64,000 nt of DNA, taken from the NCBI GenBank assembly GCA_905216025.1, contig CAJMSE010000013.1, positions 15,195 to 79,194 on the forward strand. The letters run 5' to 3'. Positions 17,267 through 26,594 of the stretch are shown here, in pieces. Under the pieces are notes generated by a model. It was not told the DNA's origin, ran no database searches, and was given only the letters and a program-made list of their open reading frames with translations. Position 1 is the first letter of the stretch. Each line of letters begins with the position of its first letter. Source of the stretch: an uncultured bacterium (lineage in GTDB: Bacteria; Bacteroidota; Bacteroidia; Bacteroidales; Bacteroidaceae). A program made the translations under genes and the position numbers.

Positions 17267-18023
17267 ACAGATCCTCCCTTTTACCATATTCTCCTGTGAA
17301 CGGGGGGGCTGCGTCCTGCTCATCGTCTTCTATCGCTGCAATCTTGTTGTAGTCTCCGGTGACGTCTTCAAGATGGCCGTCGGCACATCTGTAGACAACT
17401 CCCGGATACTTATCCAGCAACGGCATGTTGTGCGTACTCATAATAACCGACGTCCCGGTCTGCGATATCTGGCGCAGAAGGGATATTATCGACTCGGCCG
17501 TCACCGGGTCGAGGTTGCCTGTCGGCTCATCTGCGATGATGAGCTTAGGCTTGTTCAGTATGGCGCGCGCTATGGCGATGCGCTGCTGTTCGCCGCCGGA
17601 CAGTTCATGGGGCAGCTTGTCTTTCTTGTCCTGCATATCCACATCGAACAGCACGTCGTCTATCCTTTTGTCTATATCGGCCTTGTTTTTCCAGCCCGTT
17701 GCTTTCAGTACGAATCTCAGGTTCTCGTATACGGTCCTGTCATATAGCAGCTGGAAGTCTTGAAAGATTATCCCAATCTGCCGCCTCAGGGCCGGTATGT
17801 ACCTTTGTTTGAGCTTTTTCAGGTCGTGGTTGAGCACCACGGCGTTTTCCGCTTCGTCCACTGCCAGTTCGAAATACAGTGATTTCAGCAGGGTGCTCTT
17901 GCCCGAACCGACACGTCCTATGATGTAGATGAACTCGCCTTCGTCCACATGAAAGAAGACGTCAGACAGCACCGGCTCGTCCTTTTGCTGGTAGAGATTG
18001 ACCTTCTTATAATCTATTAGCAT
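17259..18023 (-). CDS. ftsE: FtsE-like ABC ATPase (cell-division ATP-binding protein) with acidic C-terminal extension
   Basis: Walker [12 protein letters not shown], signature [14 protein letters not shown], Walker [12 protein letters not shown]. No FtsX-like permease gene is adjacent. Confidence 0.7.
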   Translation of the reverse strand: MLIDYKKVNLYQQKDEPVLSDVFFHVDEGEFIYIIGRVGSGKSTLLKSLYFELAVDEAENAVVLNHDLKKLKQRYIPALRRQIGIIFQDFQLLYDRTVYENLRFVLKATGWKNKADIDKRIDDVLFDVDMQDKKDKLPHELSGGEQQRIAIARAILNKPKLIIADEPTGNLDPVTAESIISLLRQISQTGTSVIMSTHNMPLLDKYPGVVYRCADGHLEDVTGDYNKIAAIEDDEQDAAPPFTGEYGKREDLSV

Positions 18024-18053
18024 GCCTGAATATTTTTACTTGTTGTATTGTTG

Positions 18054-18665
18054 TCAGTGTTTATGCCATCCGGGATTATGGCGCAGTTGGAGTTCCTTGG
18101 CCATTTCCTCTATCCGCAGCCCCTTGCTTGTCAGCAGTACAATCAGGTGATAGAGCATGTCGGAGCCCTCGTAGATGAGGCGTTCGTCTGTTCCGTTGAC
18201 GGCTTCGATAACCAGTTCCAGCGCCTCTTCGCCCACTTTCTGAGCCATCCGGTTGAGTCCGTCCTTGAAGAGGGATGTCGTGTAGCTGCCCTCCGGCATC
18301 TCTTCGTGCCGCTTTTTGATAAAGTCTTGTATCTCAGAGAGAAACAGAAGTGGGTTAGAGTCATTCTTCTCGCCCCAGCAAGTGTCCGTGCCGGTGTGAC
18401 ATGTAGGCCCTTCTGGGTGTACCGTGACAAGCAGAGCGTCGTTGTCGCAGTCCTCCTTGATGCTCACGAGGTTCAGGAAATTACCCGAAGTCTCGCCTTT
18501 TGTCCATAGTTTCTGCCTGCTGCGGCTGAAGAAAGTCACCTTTCCGGTCTCCACAGTCTTGGCGTATGCCTCTTCGTTCATGTATCCGAGCATCAGCACC
18601 GTTTTTGTCGTCGCATCCTGCACGATAGCCGGAACGAGTCCTCCCATCTTTTCAAAATCTATCAT
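18054..18665 (-). CDS. hisI: bifunctional phosphoribosyl-AMP cyclohydrolase / phosphoribosyl-ATP pyrophosphatase
   Basis: 203 aa. PRA-CH part (LWTKGETSGNFL...CDNDALL...GPTCHTG) followed by PRA-PH part (AQKVGEEALELVIEA). Confidence 0.9.
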   Translation of the reverse strand: MIDFEKMGGLVPAIVQDATTKTVLMLGYMNEEAYAKTVETGKVTFFSRSRQKLWTKGETSGNFLNLVSIKEDCDNDALLVTVHPEGPTCHTGTDTCWGEKNDSNPLLFLSEIQDFIKKRHEEMPEGSYTTSLFKDGLNRMAQKVGEEALELVIEAVNGTDERLIYEGSDMLYHLIVLLTSKGLRIEEMAKELQLRHNPGWHKH

Positions 18666-18675
18666 TATCTTATCT

Positions 18676-19434
18676 TTATATTCTTACATTAATACCCTCT
18701 TTCCTGAGATAACGCTTCAAATCGGGTATCTTGATTTCTCCGAAGTGGAACACGCTTGCGGCGAGAGCGGCGTCGGCATGCCCCTCTGTGAATGTGTCCC
18801 TGAAGTCTTCCATGCGTCCCGCGCCGCCACTTGCGATGACGGGGATTGACAGCGTGTCTGCCAGCTGTGCGATGGCGTCGTTGGCATAGCCGCCCTTGAC
18901 GCCGTCGTGGTCCATGCTTGTGAAGAGAATCTCTCCAGCGCCGCGCTCCTGTACTTCGTGAGCCCATTCAAACAGGCCTCTCTCCGTGCGCTCGCGTCCG
19001 CCTTTCAGATAGCAGTGCCATCCGTCGCTGTCGTGCCGGGCGTCTATGGCACAGACGCAGACCTGGCTTCCGAACCGTCCGGCGATGTCCTCAATCAGTC
19101 CCGGATTCCTGAGGGCGGCACTGTTCACGCTTACCTTGTCTGCGCCGGCAGACAGCAGGCGGTCTACATCTGAAATCTCGTTTATGCCGCCGCCGACGGT
19201 GAACGGGATGTTTATCTCCGCCGCCACGCGCGACACCATATCGGTGAACGTCTTGCGCTCTTCAAAGCTCGCCGTGATGTCGAGGAATACAAGCTCGTCC
19301 GCTCCGATGTCGCTGTACTTCTTTCCGAGTTCCACCGGGTCGCCGGCGGTCCGCAGCCCGACGAAGTTGACGCCTTTGACGGTCTCACCGTTCCTTACGT
19401 CCAGGCATGGAATTATACGTTTAGCAAGTCCCAT
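18676..19434 (-). CDS. hisF: imidazole glycerol phosphate synthase, cyclase subunit
   Basis: [22 protein letters not shown] and IASGGAG motifs. Confidence 0.95.
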   Translation of the reverse strand: MGLAKRIIPCLDVRNGETVKGVNFVGLRTAGDPVELGKKYSDIGADELVFLDITASFEERKTFTDMVSRVAAEINIPFTVGGGINEISDVDRLLSAGADKVSVNSAALRNPGLIEDIAGRFGSQVCVCAIDARHDSDGWHCYLKGGRERTERGLFEWAHEVQERGAGEILFTSMDHDGVKGGYANDAIAQLADTLSIPVIASGGAGRMEDFRDTFTEGHADAALAASVFHFGEIKIPDLKRYLRKEGINVRI

Positions 19435-20138
19435 AACTCTTCTGGTTTGATTCTTCCTTCATAGAAAGCTTTTCCGAAAACGACCGCGGGTACGCCCTCC
19501 CTGTCAAGCCGGCGTATGTCTTCCGCCGTGGAAACGCCACCGCTTGCGATGAGGTTCAGGCGTGGAAACGCCTCCAACACCTCTTTATATAGTGCCACAT
19601 CGGGGCCTGTCAGCGTGCCGTCGCGCGAAATCTCGGTGCACAGCACGTTGGTCACGCCAGCTTCAGTATACCGCCCGATGAAGTCCGTCAGGGTGATGTC
19701 GGAATCTTCATGCCATCCGTTTATTGATATCTTGCCCTTGCGCACGTCTGCCCCGAGGATTATCCTGTCTGCTCCGTACGTGCCGAGCCATTCCATAAGC
19801 AGATCCGGCGAGGTGACGGCGACGGAGCCTACCGTGACCATCGACGCGCCGGCGTCGAGCACGCGTTTCAAGTCTTCTCCAGTCTTGATGCCTCCGCCGA
19901 AATCAACTGTCAGCCTGGTGGCTGCCGTTATCTTTTCTAGCACGTCTATATTCACCACGTGCTTTGAGCGCGCTCCGTCCAAATCGACGATGTGGAGGCG
20001 TTTGAATCCGTAGTCTTCGAATTGCTTTGCCATGTCGACAGGACTGCTGCTATAAATCTTTTTCGATTCATAGTCGCCTTTGGTGAGCCTTACGCATTCG
20101 CCGCCGATGATGTCTATCGCAGGTATGAGTTCTATCAT
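19413..20138 (-). CDS. hisA: ProFAR isomerase
   Basis: [23 protein letters not shown] and IASGGVS. Overlaps hisF by 22 nt. Confidence 0.9.
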   Translation of the reverse strand: MIELIPAIDIIGGECVRLTKGDYESKKIYSSSPVDMAKQFEDYGFKRLHIVDLDGARSKHVVNIDVLEKITAATRLTVDFGGGIKTGEDLKRVLDAGASMVTVGSVAVTSPDLLMEWLGTYGADRIILGADVRKGKISINGWHEDSDITLTDFIGRYTEAGVTNVLCTEISRDGTLTGPDVALYKEVLEAFPRLNLIASGGVSTAEDIRRLDREGVPAVVFGKAFYEGRIKPEELWDLLNV

Positions 20139-20725
20139 AAGCTAAGGAAGTTTTGCAGTATGGCTTCTCCTATGCCGCCGCTCTTCTCCGGATGGAACTG
20201 CGTCGCGTAGAAGTTGCCGTGCCGTATGGCGGCACTGAATGGGTGGATATAGTCTGCCTTGGCTATCGTGTAGTTGCCTACCGGCACGTAATAGCTGTGT
20301 ACGAAGTATACATATTCGTTGTCTCCTATACCTTTGAACAGGTCGCCCGTCATGTCGTAGAGCGAGTTCCAACCTATTGCAGGAATCTTCTCGCGGCCTG
20401 TCACAGGGACAAAGCGCTTCACCCCGGCATCTATTATGCCGAGGCATTCCGTGTCGCTCTCTTCCGAGTGGCGGCACATCAGCTGCTGTCCGACGCATAT
20501 CCCGAGCACGGGCTGCTTCAGTTCCGGTATCACCCGGTCGAGCCCCGTTGCCCTCAGACACCTCATTGCGGTGCCGGCCTCTCCCTGTCCCGGCAGCAGA
20601 ACCTTGTCTGCACCGGCCAGCAGCCTGGCATCATCTGTTATCACAGGTGATATGCCGAGCCTCTTCAGGGCGTTGACAACAGAGTAGATGTTGCCCGCAT
20701 TGTATTTAACGATGGCGACATTCAT
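20135..20725 (-). CDS. hisH: imidazole glycerol phosphate synthase, glutamine amidotransferase subunit
   Basis: Class I GATase with nucleophile elbow GICVGQQL and FVHSYY...QFHPEKSG. Confidence 0.9.
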   Translation of the reverse strand: MNVAIVKYNAGNIYSVVNALKRLGISPVITDDARLLAGADKVLLPGQGEAGTAMRCLRATGLDRVIPELKQPVLGICVGQQLMCRHSEESDTECLGIIDAGVKRFVPVTGREKIPAIGWNSLYDMTGDLFKGIGDNEYVYFVHSYYVPVGNYTIAKADYIHPFSAAIRHGNFYATQFHPEKSGGIGEAILQNFLSL

Positions 20726-21588
20726 CAGCTGAAGATAATCGTTTTGTTGTGATATGTCAGTATCTTTCTTTCGATGTGCTTCGTCACGGCCCGCGACAGC
20801 ACGATTTTCTCGAGGTCACGGCCTTTGAGCACGAGCGATTCCGGCGTGTCCTTGTGGCTTATCCGTACCACGTCCTGTTCGATGATGGGGCCTGCATCCA
20901 GCTCGTCGGTCACGTAGTGGCTCGTCGCCCCGATGATTTTTACGCCCCGCTTCCATGCCTGATGGTACGGCTTGGCGCCGATGAAGGCGGGCAGGAACGA
21001 GTGGTGTATATTAATAATGTGGTTCGGATAGGCCTTGATCATGTTGTCGCTGATGATCTGCATGTAGCGTGCCAGCACTATGAAGCTGACCTTTTCCTTC
21101 TTCAGCAGTTCCATCTCGGTCCGCTCGACTTCCTCCTTGTTCGAGTGGTCCTTGTTGATAGACCATACATAGTATGGTATGTCAAACTGCTCGGCGATGT
21201 AGCGCAGGTCTTCGTGGTTGCTCACGATGCAGGGGATGTCCACCTCCCATTCTCCGGCCTTGTACCTTGCGAGCAGGTCGTAGAGGCAGTGGCTCATCTT
21301 GCTGACGAATATAGCCATCCTCGGGCGTACGTCGTTGAAATACAGGTTGCATTCCATGTTGTATCTCTGGGCATACAGCGTGTCGATATACTCCTTTATC
21401 TTGTCGCGCGGAATCATGAATCTGTCCAGTTCCCACTCTATGCGCATGAAGAAAAAGCCGTCCTGCCGGTCTACATACTGGTCAAGATAAACGATGTTAC
21501 CCTGATTATCCGTTATGAACTTGGTTATTTCGGATATGATGCCCTGTTGGTCCGGGCAGTGTAGAAGCAGAATCGCTGTTGGTCTCAT
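20725..21588 (-). CDS. purU: formyltetrahydrofolate deformylase
   Basis: N-terminal ACT domain (LLHCPDQQGIISEITKF) plus formyl-transferase core (INIHHSFLPAFIGAKPYHQA). Confidence 0.9.
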   Translation of the reverse strand: MRPTAILLLHCPDQQGIISEITKFITDNQGNIVYLDQYVDRQDGFFFMRIEWELDRFMIPRDKIKEYIDTLYAQRYNMECNLYFNDVRPRMAIFVSKMSHCLYDLLARYKAGEWEVDIPCIVSNHEDLRYIAEQFDIPYYVWSINKDHSNKEEVERTEMELLKKEKVSFIVLARYMQIISDNMIKAYPNHIINIHHSFLPAFIGAKPYHQAWKRGVKIIGATSHYVTDELDAGPIIEQDVVRISHKDTPESLVLKGRDLEKIVLSRAVTKHIERKILTYHNKTIIFS

Positions 21589-21627
21589 TTACTTTAGTGC
21601 TTATGTCAATGTGTAACAATTAGTGGG

Positions 21628-21635
21628 CAAAATTA
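21628..21635 (-). promoter_or_regulatory. -7 promoter box TAATTTTG upstream of purU (head of the long minus-strand gene string)
   Basis: Plus strand reads caaaatta, 40 nt upstream of ATG 21588. Confidence 0.45.
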
Positions 21636-21700
21636 CAAAAAAAATCTGATGAGAGGCTGTTTATTGCGAGTTTTTTTCAATAAACCTGTGATATGACGGC

Positions 21701-22435
21701 CTATTTGTTCACGCCGTACCCGAACAGGGCGAAGTCTCCTTTGAGCGGGTCGTCGGGGAATATGGCTGCCAGTGCCTTTGTCAGCTTGCGTGCCGAAGCC
21801 ATCGACGCGCTGCTGCCGGATATGAGTCCGAGGCGGCGTGCCTCCTGCACGACGTGCGTGTCCATCGGTATTATCAGCGTCCGCTTGTCAATGAAACTGC
21901 TCCACAGGCCGAGGTCTACCGGCGAACCGTCTCTCACCATCCATCTCAGGAACATGCAGACCCGCTTGCAGGCCGATGTTGTATCTTTCGGGATGATTCC
22001 CGTTATGCCGCGGGCAGCGAAAAATCCGCATATCGCCTTTACGGCCGAGAGGCCGTCCGTAGCTTCTGCCTCGACGAAGCCGCCGATGGAACTGTATTCC
22101 TCAAGCATGCTCTTGAGGGCGTGCAGAAAGCTGTTCATCGTGCGCATCGTGTACAGCCGGTAAAAGCATTCGTCGCTGCACGGTATGTCACGGTCGAACT
22201 GTCCGCTCCTTACCCATTCGTAAGGCTCTCCTCCCGAGCAGTCGAGTATATGCTGTATCTTTGGCATGAACTGTTTGCGGCTGCCGTAGCTGACCGACGA
22301 TGCGATGAAGGCTATTGTCTCCTGGTTTAGCCGGCCGCTGACACGGTGCATGAAGCAGCTCGGGTCTTCGGGCAGGAAAGCCGCCGTCTCGTATCTTTCG
22401 GCATATCCGGTAAGCAATGATTTGATGTCGTCCAT
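21701..22435 (-). CDS. TIGR02757/DUF2400 family protein
   Basis: Track ORF 21701..22474. I prefer ATG 22435 (MDDIKSLLTGYAERYE), because the longer start would lie inside the uxaB terminator hairpin. Family assignment rests on recalled similarity (ETAAFLPEDPSCFMH, SYGSRKQ). Confidence 0.65.
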   Translation of the reverse strand: MDDIKSLLTGYAERYETAAFLPEDPSCFMHRVSGRLNQETIAFIASSVSYGSRKQFMPKIQHILDCSGGEPYEWVRSGQFDRDIPCSDECFYRLYTMRTMNSFLHALKSMLEEYSSIGGFVEAEATDGLSAVKAICGFFAARGITGIIPKDTTSACKRVCMFLRWMVRDGSPVDLGLWSSFIDKRTLIIPMDTHVVQEARRLGLISGSSASMASARKLTKALAAIFPDDPLKGDFALFGYGVNK

Positions 22436-22450
22436 ATTGATATAAAGCTT

Positions 22451-22512
22451 ACCCGCAAAACCGGCACGGTACAACCGGACTGCTCCGGAGCTTGCGTGCT
22501 GGTTTTGCGGGT
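22451..22512 (-). terminator. candidate terminator hairpin after uxaB
   Basis: 12-bp stem acccgcaaaacc/ggttttgcgggt enclosing a 38-nt structured loop. The U-tract is weak (aagctttata on the minus strand). Confidence 0.4.
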
Positions 22513-22540
22513 AATGCTGTTTCGGATAAATTGTTTGTTA

Positions 22541-23980
22541 TCAGAGTATTGTCTTGACTGCCTCAAGCATACCTTTCTCCTGTATGAGATCGAGATACTG
22601 CTTCACGAGAGCGTTCAGTCCGGTGATGGCGTTGAGGTCTTCGCTCCATATTGATGTAGCGCCGAGCACGCCGTCGGTCACCTTCTGTGTGTCGCCAGTA
22701 GCCCACAGTTCCTTGAGCAGGTCCATGATGTCCTGTGCGTCGTTCGGGATAATTTCCGTGCCGTCTTCTCTCTTGCCTCCCTTATAGTAGGTGATGATGG
22801 CTGCGAGACCGAACACGAGGCCCTTCGGCAGCTCGCCCTTGCGCTCCAGATATGTCTTCACTCCTGGCAGGTCGCGTGCGCAGAACTTCGGGAAGGAGTT
22901 GAGCATGATGCTCGTAACCTGATGGTCTACGTACGGATTGTCGAAGCGCTCGAGCACGTCGGCGGCAAACTTCTCCAGTTCGTCCATCGGAAGGTCAAGC
23001 GTCTGCATCAGCTCGTCGAACTGAACCTTGTGGATGTACTTGCCTATCACCTCATGGTTGCAGGCATCGCGCACGATGTTTACGCCGCTGAGGAATGCCA
23101 CGGGCGAGAGAACGGTGTGCGGGCCGTTGAGCAGAGTCACCTTGCGCTTGTGGTAGGGCTCCTCCGACGGTACGAACAGCACGTGCAGTCCGGCCTTGTC
23201 TGCGGGGAATTCCTTTGCTATCTCCTTCGGTGCCTCGATTACCCAGAGGTGGAAAGTCTCGGCCTGTACCACGAGATTGTCGCGGTAGCTGATCTTCTCC
23301 TGTATCTCGGCGATTTCCTTGCGGGGGAATCCGGGGACGATGCGGTCTACCAGTGTGGCATATACTCCGCAATGGTTGTCGAACCACTCCTTGAATTCCT
23401 TAGGCAGCTTCCAAAGCTCTATGTACTTGTTGATGCAGTCCTTCAGCACGTGTCCGTTCAGGAATATAAGCTCGCAGGGGAAGATGATGAGTCCCTTCGA
23501 CGGGTCACCGTTGAATGTCTGCCAGCGGCGGTAGAGCAGCTGCACGAGCTTGCCGGGGTAAGAAGATGCAGGAGCGTCTTCAAGCTTGCACTCGGGGTCG
23601 AATGCGATGCCGGCCTCTGTCGTGTTCGAGATGACGAAACGTATCTCAGGCTGGTCTGCCAGGGCCATGAAGGCCTGGTTCTGTGTATATGGATTCAGCG
23701 CACGGCTGATAACGTCTACGCGCTGCAGCGTGTTTACCGGCTGACCGTTTTCGCGGCCCTGCAGGTTCACGTGGTACAGGCAGTCCTGGCCGTTGAGCCA
23801 CTCTGCCATTCCGCGCTCGATGGGCTGGACGACTACAACCGAGCCGTTGAAGTCTGTTTTCTGGTCCATGTTCCAGATAATCCAATCTACGAATGCACGA
23901 AGGAAGTTACCTTCTCCAAACTGGATGACCTTTTCGGGCATCACGCTCTTTGGAGCAAAGTTTTTGTTTAATGGTTTCAT
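22541..23980 (-). CDS. uxaB: tagaturonate reductase (altronate oxidoreductase)
   Basis: 479 aa in the mannitol-dehydrogenase family. N-terminus EKVIQFGEGNFLRAFVDWII. Confidence 0.85.
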   Translation of the reverse strand: MKPLNKNFAPKSVMPEKVIQFGEGNFLRAFVDWIIWNMDQKTDFNGSVVVVQPIERGMAEWLNGQDCLYHVNLQGRENGQPVNTLQRVDVISRALNPYTQNQAFMALADQPEIRFVISNTTEAGIAFDPECKLEDAPASSYPGKLVQLLYRRWQTFNGDPSKGLIIFPCELIFLNGHVLKDCINKYIELWKLPKEFKEWFDNHCGVYATLVDRIVPGFPRKEIAEIQEKISYRDNLVVQAETFHLWVIEAPKEIAKEFPADKAGLHVLFVPSEEPYHKRKVTLLNGPHTVLSPVAFLSGVNIVRDACNHEVIGKYIHKVQFDELMQTLDLPMDELEKFAADVLERFDNPYVDHQVTSIMLNSFPKFCARDLPGVKTYLERKGELPKGLVFGLAAIITYYKGGKREDGTEIIPNDAQDIMDLLKELWATGDTQKVTDGVLGATSIWSEDLNAITGLNALVKQYLDLIQEKGMLEAVKTIL

Positions 23981-24026
23981 AATAATACAATTATTTGTTT
24001 TTAGATTTGTTTTTAATTTATTTCCG

Positions 24027-24034
24027 CAAAGTTA
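24027..24034 (-). promoter_or_regulatory. -7 promoter box TAACTTTG upstream of uxaB
   Basis: Plus strand reads caaagtta, 47 nt upstream of ATG 23980. Confidence 0.45.
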
Positions 24035-24107
24035 CACTTTTTTTTCTAAACGGAGATAAAACGGCGGGATTTATTTAATAAAAATGTATTTAGCCGGCCG
24101 GCTGGAT

Positions 24108-24308
24108 GCCGGATGCTCCCCGGTGCCGTGCGGCGGAGCCTCCGTGATGATGCGGCGGAGGCCTTCCGACGGTGCCATGGGCAGGGTTTGACGGTGCGTC
24201 GGATTGCCCGCTGATGTGTTCTGCTTGCTTTCAAATGCGTTTGTGCCCGCTATCAAAAGTGTTTTTGAGCGTTAAGCTAAGTGCTTTTGCCTGCTGCCGC
24301 ATGCTCTT
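24108..24308 (+). repeat. dispersed intergenic repeat, copy 2 of 4
   Basis: Four subrepeats (cggtgccgtgcggcggagcctcc / gtgatgatgcggcggaggccttcc / gacggtgccatgggcagggttt / gacggtgcgtcggattgcccgc), then the core GCTTTCAAATGCGTTTGTGCCCGCTATCAAAAGTGTTTTTGAGCGTTAAGC. Confidence 0.85.
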
Positions 24309-24340
24309 TCTGCATTCAGTAATTCTGTATCGGTCTTATG

Positions 24341-24395
24341 GAAATGAAAAATCCCCTTGCTCCTGTGGTCTGCATGGACCGTCGGAGCAAGGGGA
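24341..24395 (-). terminator. rho-independent terminator of uxuA-uxuB
   Basis: 12-bp stem tccccttgctcc/ggagcaagggga, followed on the minus strand by tttttcatttc. Confidence 0.7.
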
Positions 24396-24426
24396 CTGGT
24401 ATGTCTGTCAGTGTATAACGGGATGT

Positions 24427-25239
24427 TTACATGGCGAAGGCGTTGAAGCCGCCGTCTACTACGGCGACTGTGCCGGTGACGAATTTGGCCGCGTCGCTCA
24501 TCAGGTAGTGTATCGTTCCGCAGAGCTCTTCGGGGTCGCCCATGCGGCCGAACGGTGTCTGACGGATGACGTCCTGGCCGCGCTGGGTGTATGTGCCGTC
24601 AGGGTTGGTGAGCAGTGCGCGGTTCTGTTCGGTGATGAAGAAGCCCGGAGCGATGGCGTTCACCCTGATGCCTTCGCCGAATTTCTTTGCGCATTCGGTG
24701 GCCATGAATGCCGTGAAGTTTGATATGCCGGCCTTGGCGGCGGCATATCCGCATACGCGTGTCATGGGCCTGAAGGCCGCCATCGACGAGAAGTTGATGA
24801 TGCTGCCCTTGCCCTGGGCCACCATCGGTTCGAGGAATATCTGCGTGGGGATGACCGTTCCGGTGAGGTTCAGCGAGAGAACGGTCTGGAACTGGGCCGG
24901 GTCGAGGTCAAAGATGTTCTGGTCCGGGCCTATCGTGGCGCCGGCCATGTTACCTCCCGCGGCGTTGAGCAGAGTGTCTATGCGTCCGTATTTGGCCATG
25001 ATGTCGTCGCGGTTCTTCTTCACCGTGGCGATGTCCATCACGTCGGTCTTCATGAACTCGCATGTTCCTCCGGCCGCGCAGATATCTTCCGCTATCTTGC
25101 GTCCCACCTCTTCCTTGCGTCCGAGGATTATCACTTTGGCGCCGTTCTCTGCCAGATACTGTGCTATTGAGCGGCCGAGAACTCCCGTGCCGCCGGTGAT
25201 TACCACTACGTAATCCTTTATTTCGAATAAGTTTGTCAT
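24427..25239 (-). CDS. uxuB: SDR-family oxidoreductase, likely D-mannonate (fructuronate) oxidoreductase
   Basis: Rossmann motif VITGGTGVLG and catalytic YAAAKAG. The start overlaps the uxuA stop (tcat at 25236-25239). SDR-type UxuB next to uxuA is the usual Bacteroides arrangement. Confidence 0.7.
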   Translation of the reverse strand: MTNLFEIKDYVVVITGGTGVLGRSIAQYLAENGAKVIILGRKEEVGRKIAEDICAAGGTCEFMKTDVMDIATVKKNRDDIMAKYGRIDTLLNAAGGNMAGATIGPDQNIFDLDPAQFQTVLSLNLTGTVIPTQIFLEPMVAQGKGSIINFSSMAAFRPMTRVCGYAAAKAGISNFTAFMATECAKKFGEGIRVNAIAPGFFITEQNRALLTNPDGTYTQRGQDVIRQTPFGRMGDPEELCGTIHYLMSDAAKFVTGTVAVVDGGFNAFAM

Positions 25240-26435
25240 TTGAAAAATCCCGGTTGGGTATATTTGATTCCTAATTCATTATCTACTGTGGCCAGAATGC
25301 CCTGCACCTGACCCATGGCGAACATGCGGCCGAGGAATGAGTAGCCGGCGTTGTAGCCGCGGCTCTCGTCGCCGAGCATCGTCATGCCGTGGTCTACGCG
25401 CATCGGCAGGGCGGGGTTTGTCTTCTCGAAGATGCGGGCCAGCTCTATCAGGTCGGCCCGTCCGCCGAGGTGTGATGCCTCGGTGAAGTCGCCGTTGGGG
25501 AAGATGTGGCATGAGCGCAGATGCACGAACCATGTGCGTCCGGCATATTTCCGTGCGAGCTCCACCACGTCGTTGTGTGCTCCGGCAGACAGCGAGCCGG
25601 CGCAGAAGGTTAGTCCGTTGTGAGGATTGTCCACAGCCTTGAGGAACCAGTCGATGTCTTCGTCGCAGGTGACGATGCGCGGCAGGCCGAGAATGGGGAA
25701 GGGTGGGTCGTCCGGATGCACGCACATATACATGTCATACTCCTCGCATGTGGGCATTATCGCGTCGAGGAAGTATCTCATGTTCTCCCTGAGCTTGTCC
25801 TTGTCGATGTCCTTGTACAGTGCGAGCAGCTGGCGGAAGAGCTCCACGGGGTGCTCGTCGTCTTCCTTTATGTTTCCGCTGACGAAGCCCTGCGTCTTCA
25901 CGATGATGTTTTCCACCAGCTTATGCTCGTCTTCCGGCGTCATCGTCTTCTTCAGTTCGTCAACCTGGTTGAGGATATCCTGTGGCCAGTCGGCAGCAGC
26001 TCCCTCGCGCTTCAGGATGTGGATGTCGAAGTATGCGAACCTTGCGTGCGAGAAATAGAGGTTTGTCGTGCCGTTCGGGTTGCTGTGTTCGAGGTCCGTG
26101 CGTGCCCAGTCGAGCACGGGCATGAAGTTGTAGCACACGGTGTGTATGCCCTCGAGAGAGAGGTTTTTGAGGCTCTCCTTATAGTTCTCTATCAGCCGGT
26201 CGCGGTCTGCGCCCCCGTATTTGATGCTTTCGCACACCGGCAGGCTCTCCACAACAGACCATCGCATGCCATAGCTTTCAATGTATTCGCGCAGGTCGCG
26301 TATCTTCTCGCGTGTCCATACTTCTCCGTTTGGTACGTCGTGCAGTGCCGTGACGATGCCCTCAGTACCGATTTCACGCAGCATGGCAAGTGTTATCTTG
26401 TCGTTCTTGCCAAACCATCTCCATGTTCTTTCCAT
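25236..26435 (-). CDS. uxuA: mannonate dehydratase
   Basis: MERTWRWFGKNDKITL N-terminus. 399 aa. Confidence 0.9.
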   Translation of the reverse strand: MERTWRWFGKNDKITLAMLREIGTEGIVTALHDVPNGEVWTREKIRDLREYIESYGMRWSVVESLPVCESIKYGGADRDRLIENYKESLKNLSLEGIHTVCYNFMPVLDWARTDLEHSNPNGTTNLYFSHARFAYFDIHILKREGAAADWPQDILNQVDELKKTMTPEDEHKLVENIIVKTQGFVSGNIKEDDEHPVELFRQLLALYKDIDKDKLRENMRYFLDAIMPTCEEYDMYMCVHPDDPPFPILGLPRIVTCDEDIDWFLKAVDNPHNGLTFCAGSLSAGAHNDVVELARKYAGRTWFVHLRSCHIFPNGDFTEASHLGGRADLIELARIFEKTNPALPMRVDHGMTMLGDESRGYNAGYSFLGRMFAMGQVQGILATVDNELGIKYTQPGFFK

Positions 26436-26533
26436 TTTTTTAATTTGATAATAATAGTTATTCGGTGCCGGGGCTGTGTCAGCCGGTCAGGTGCCGGCCT
26501 GCATGCTGGTTCCCGAATGAAGTTTGTTTGCTG

Positions 26534-26541
26534 CAAAGATA
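26534..26541 (-). promoter_or_regulatory. -7 promoter box TATCTTTG upstream of uxuA
   Basis: Plus strand reads caaagata, 99 nt upstream of ATG 26435. Confidence 0.4.
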
Positions 26542-26594
26542 GTAAATAAAAACAAATCGGCGCAATTATTTGCTGTTATCTTGCAGAAAGCACA

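Noticed and set aside
22922-23971. 349-aa plus-strand ORF antisense to uxaB. The same pattern occurs at 34616..35764 (antisense to DUF1015), 38919..39923 (malQ), 54174..55250 (GH2), 59149..60552 (clpC) and 62870..63724 (gyrA).
   Set aside because: All lie inside well-supported genes on the opposite strand and have low-complexity, Arg/Val/His-rich translations without motifs. They are typical stop-codon-poor antisense frames of GC-rich coding DNA.
26468-26515. GC-rich segment cggtgccggggctgtgtcagccggtcaggtgccggcctgcatgctgg, resembling the subrepeat part of the dispersed repeat family
   Set aside because: Only the short GGTGCCGG motif recurs, and the conserved core is absent. The resemblance is too weak to call a fifth copy.
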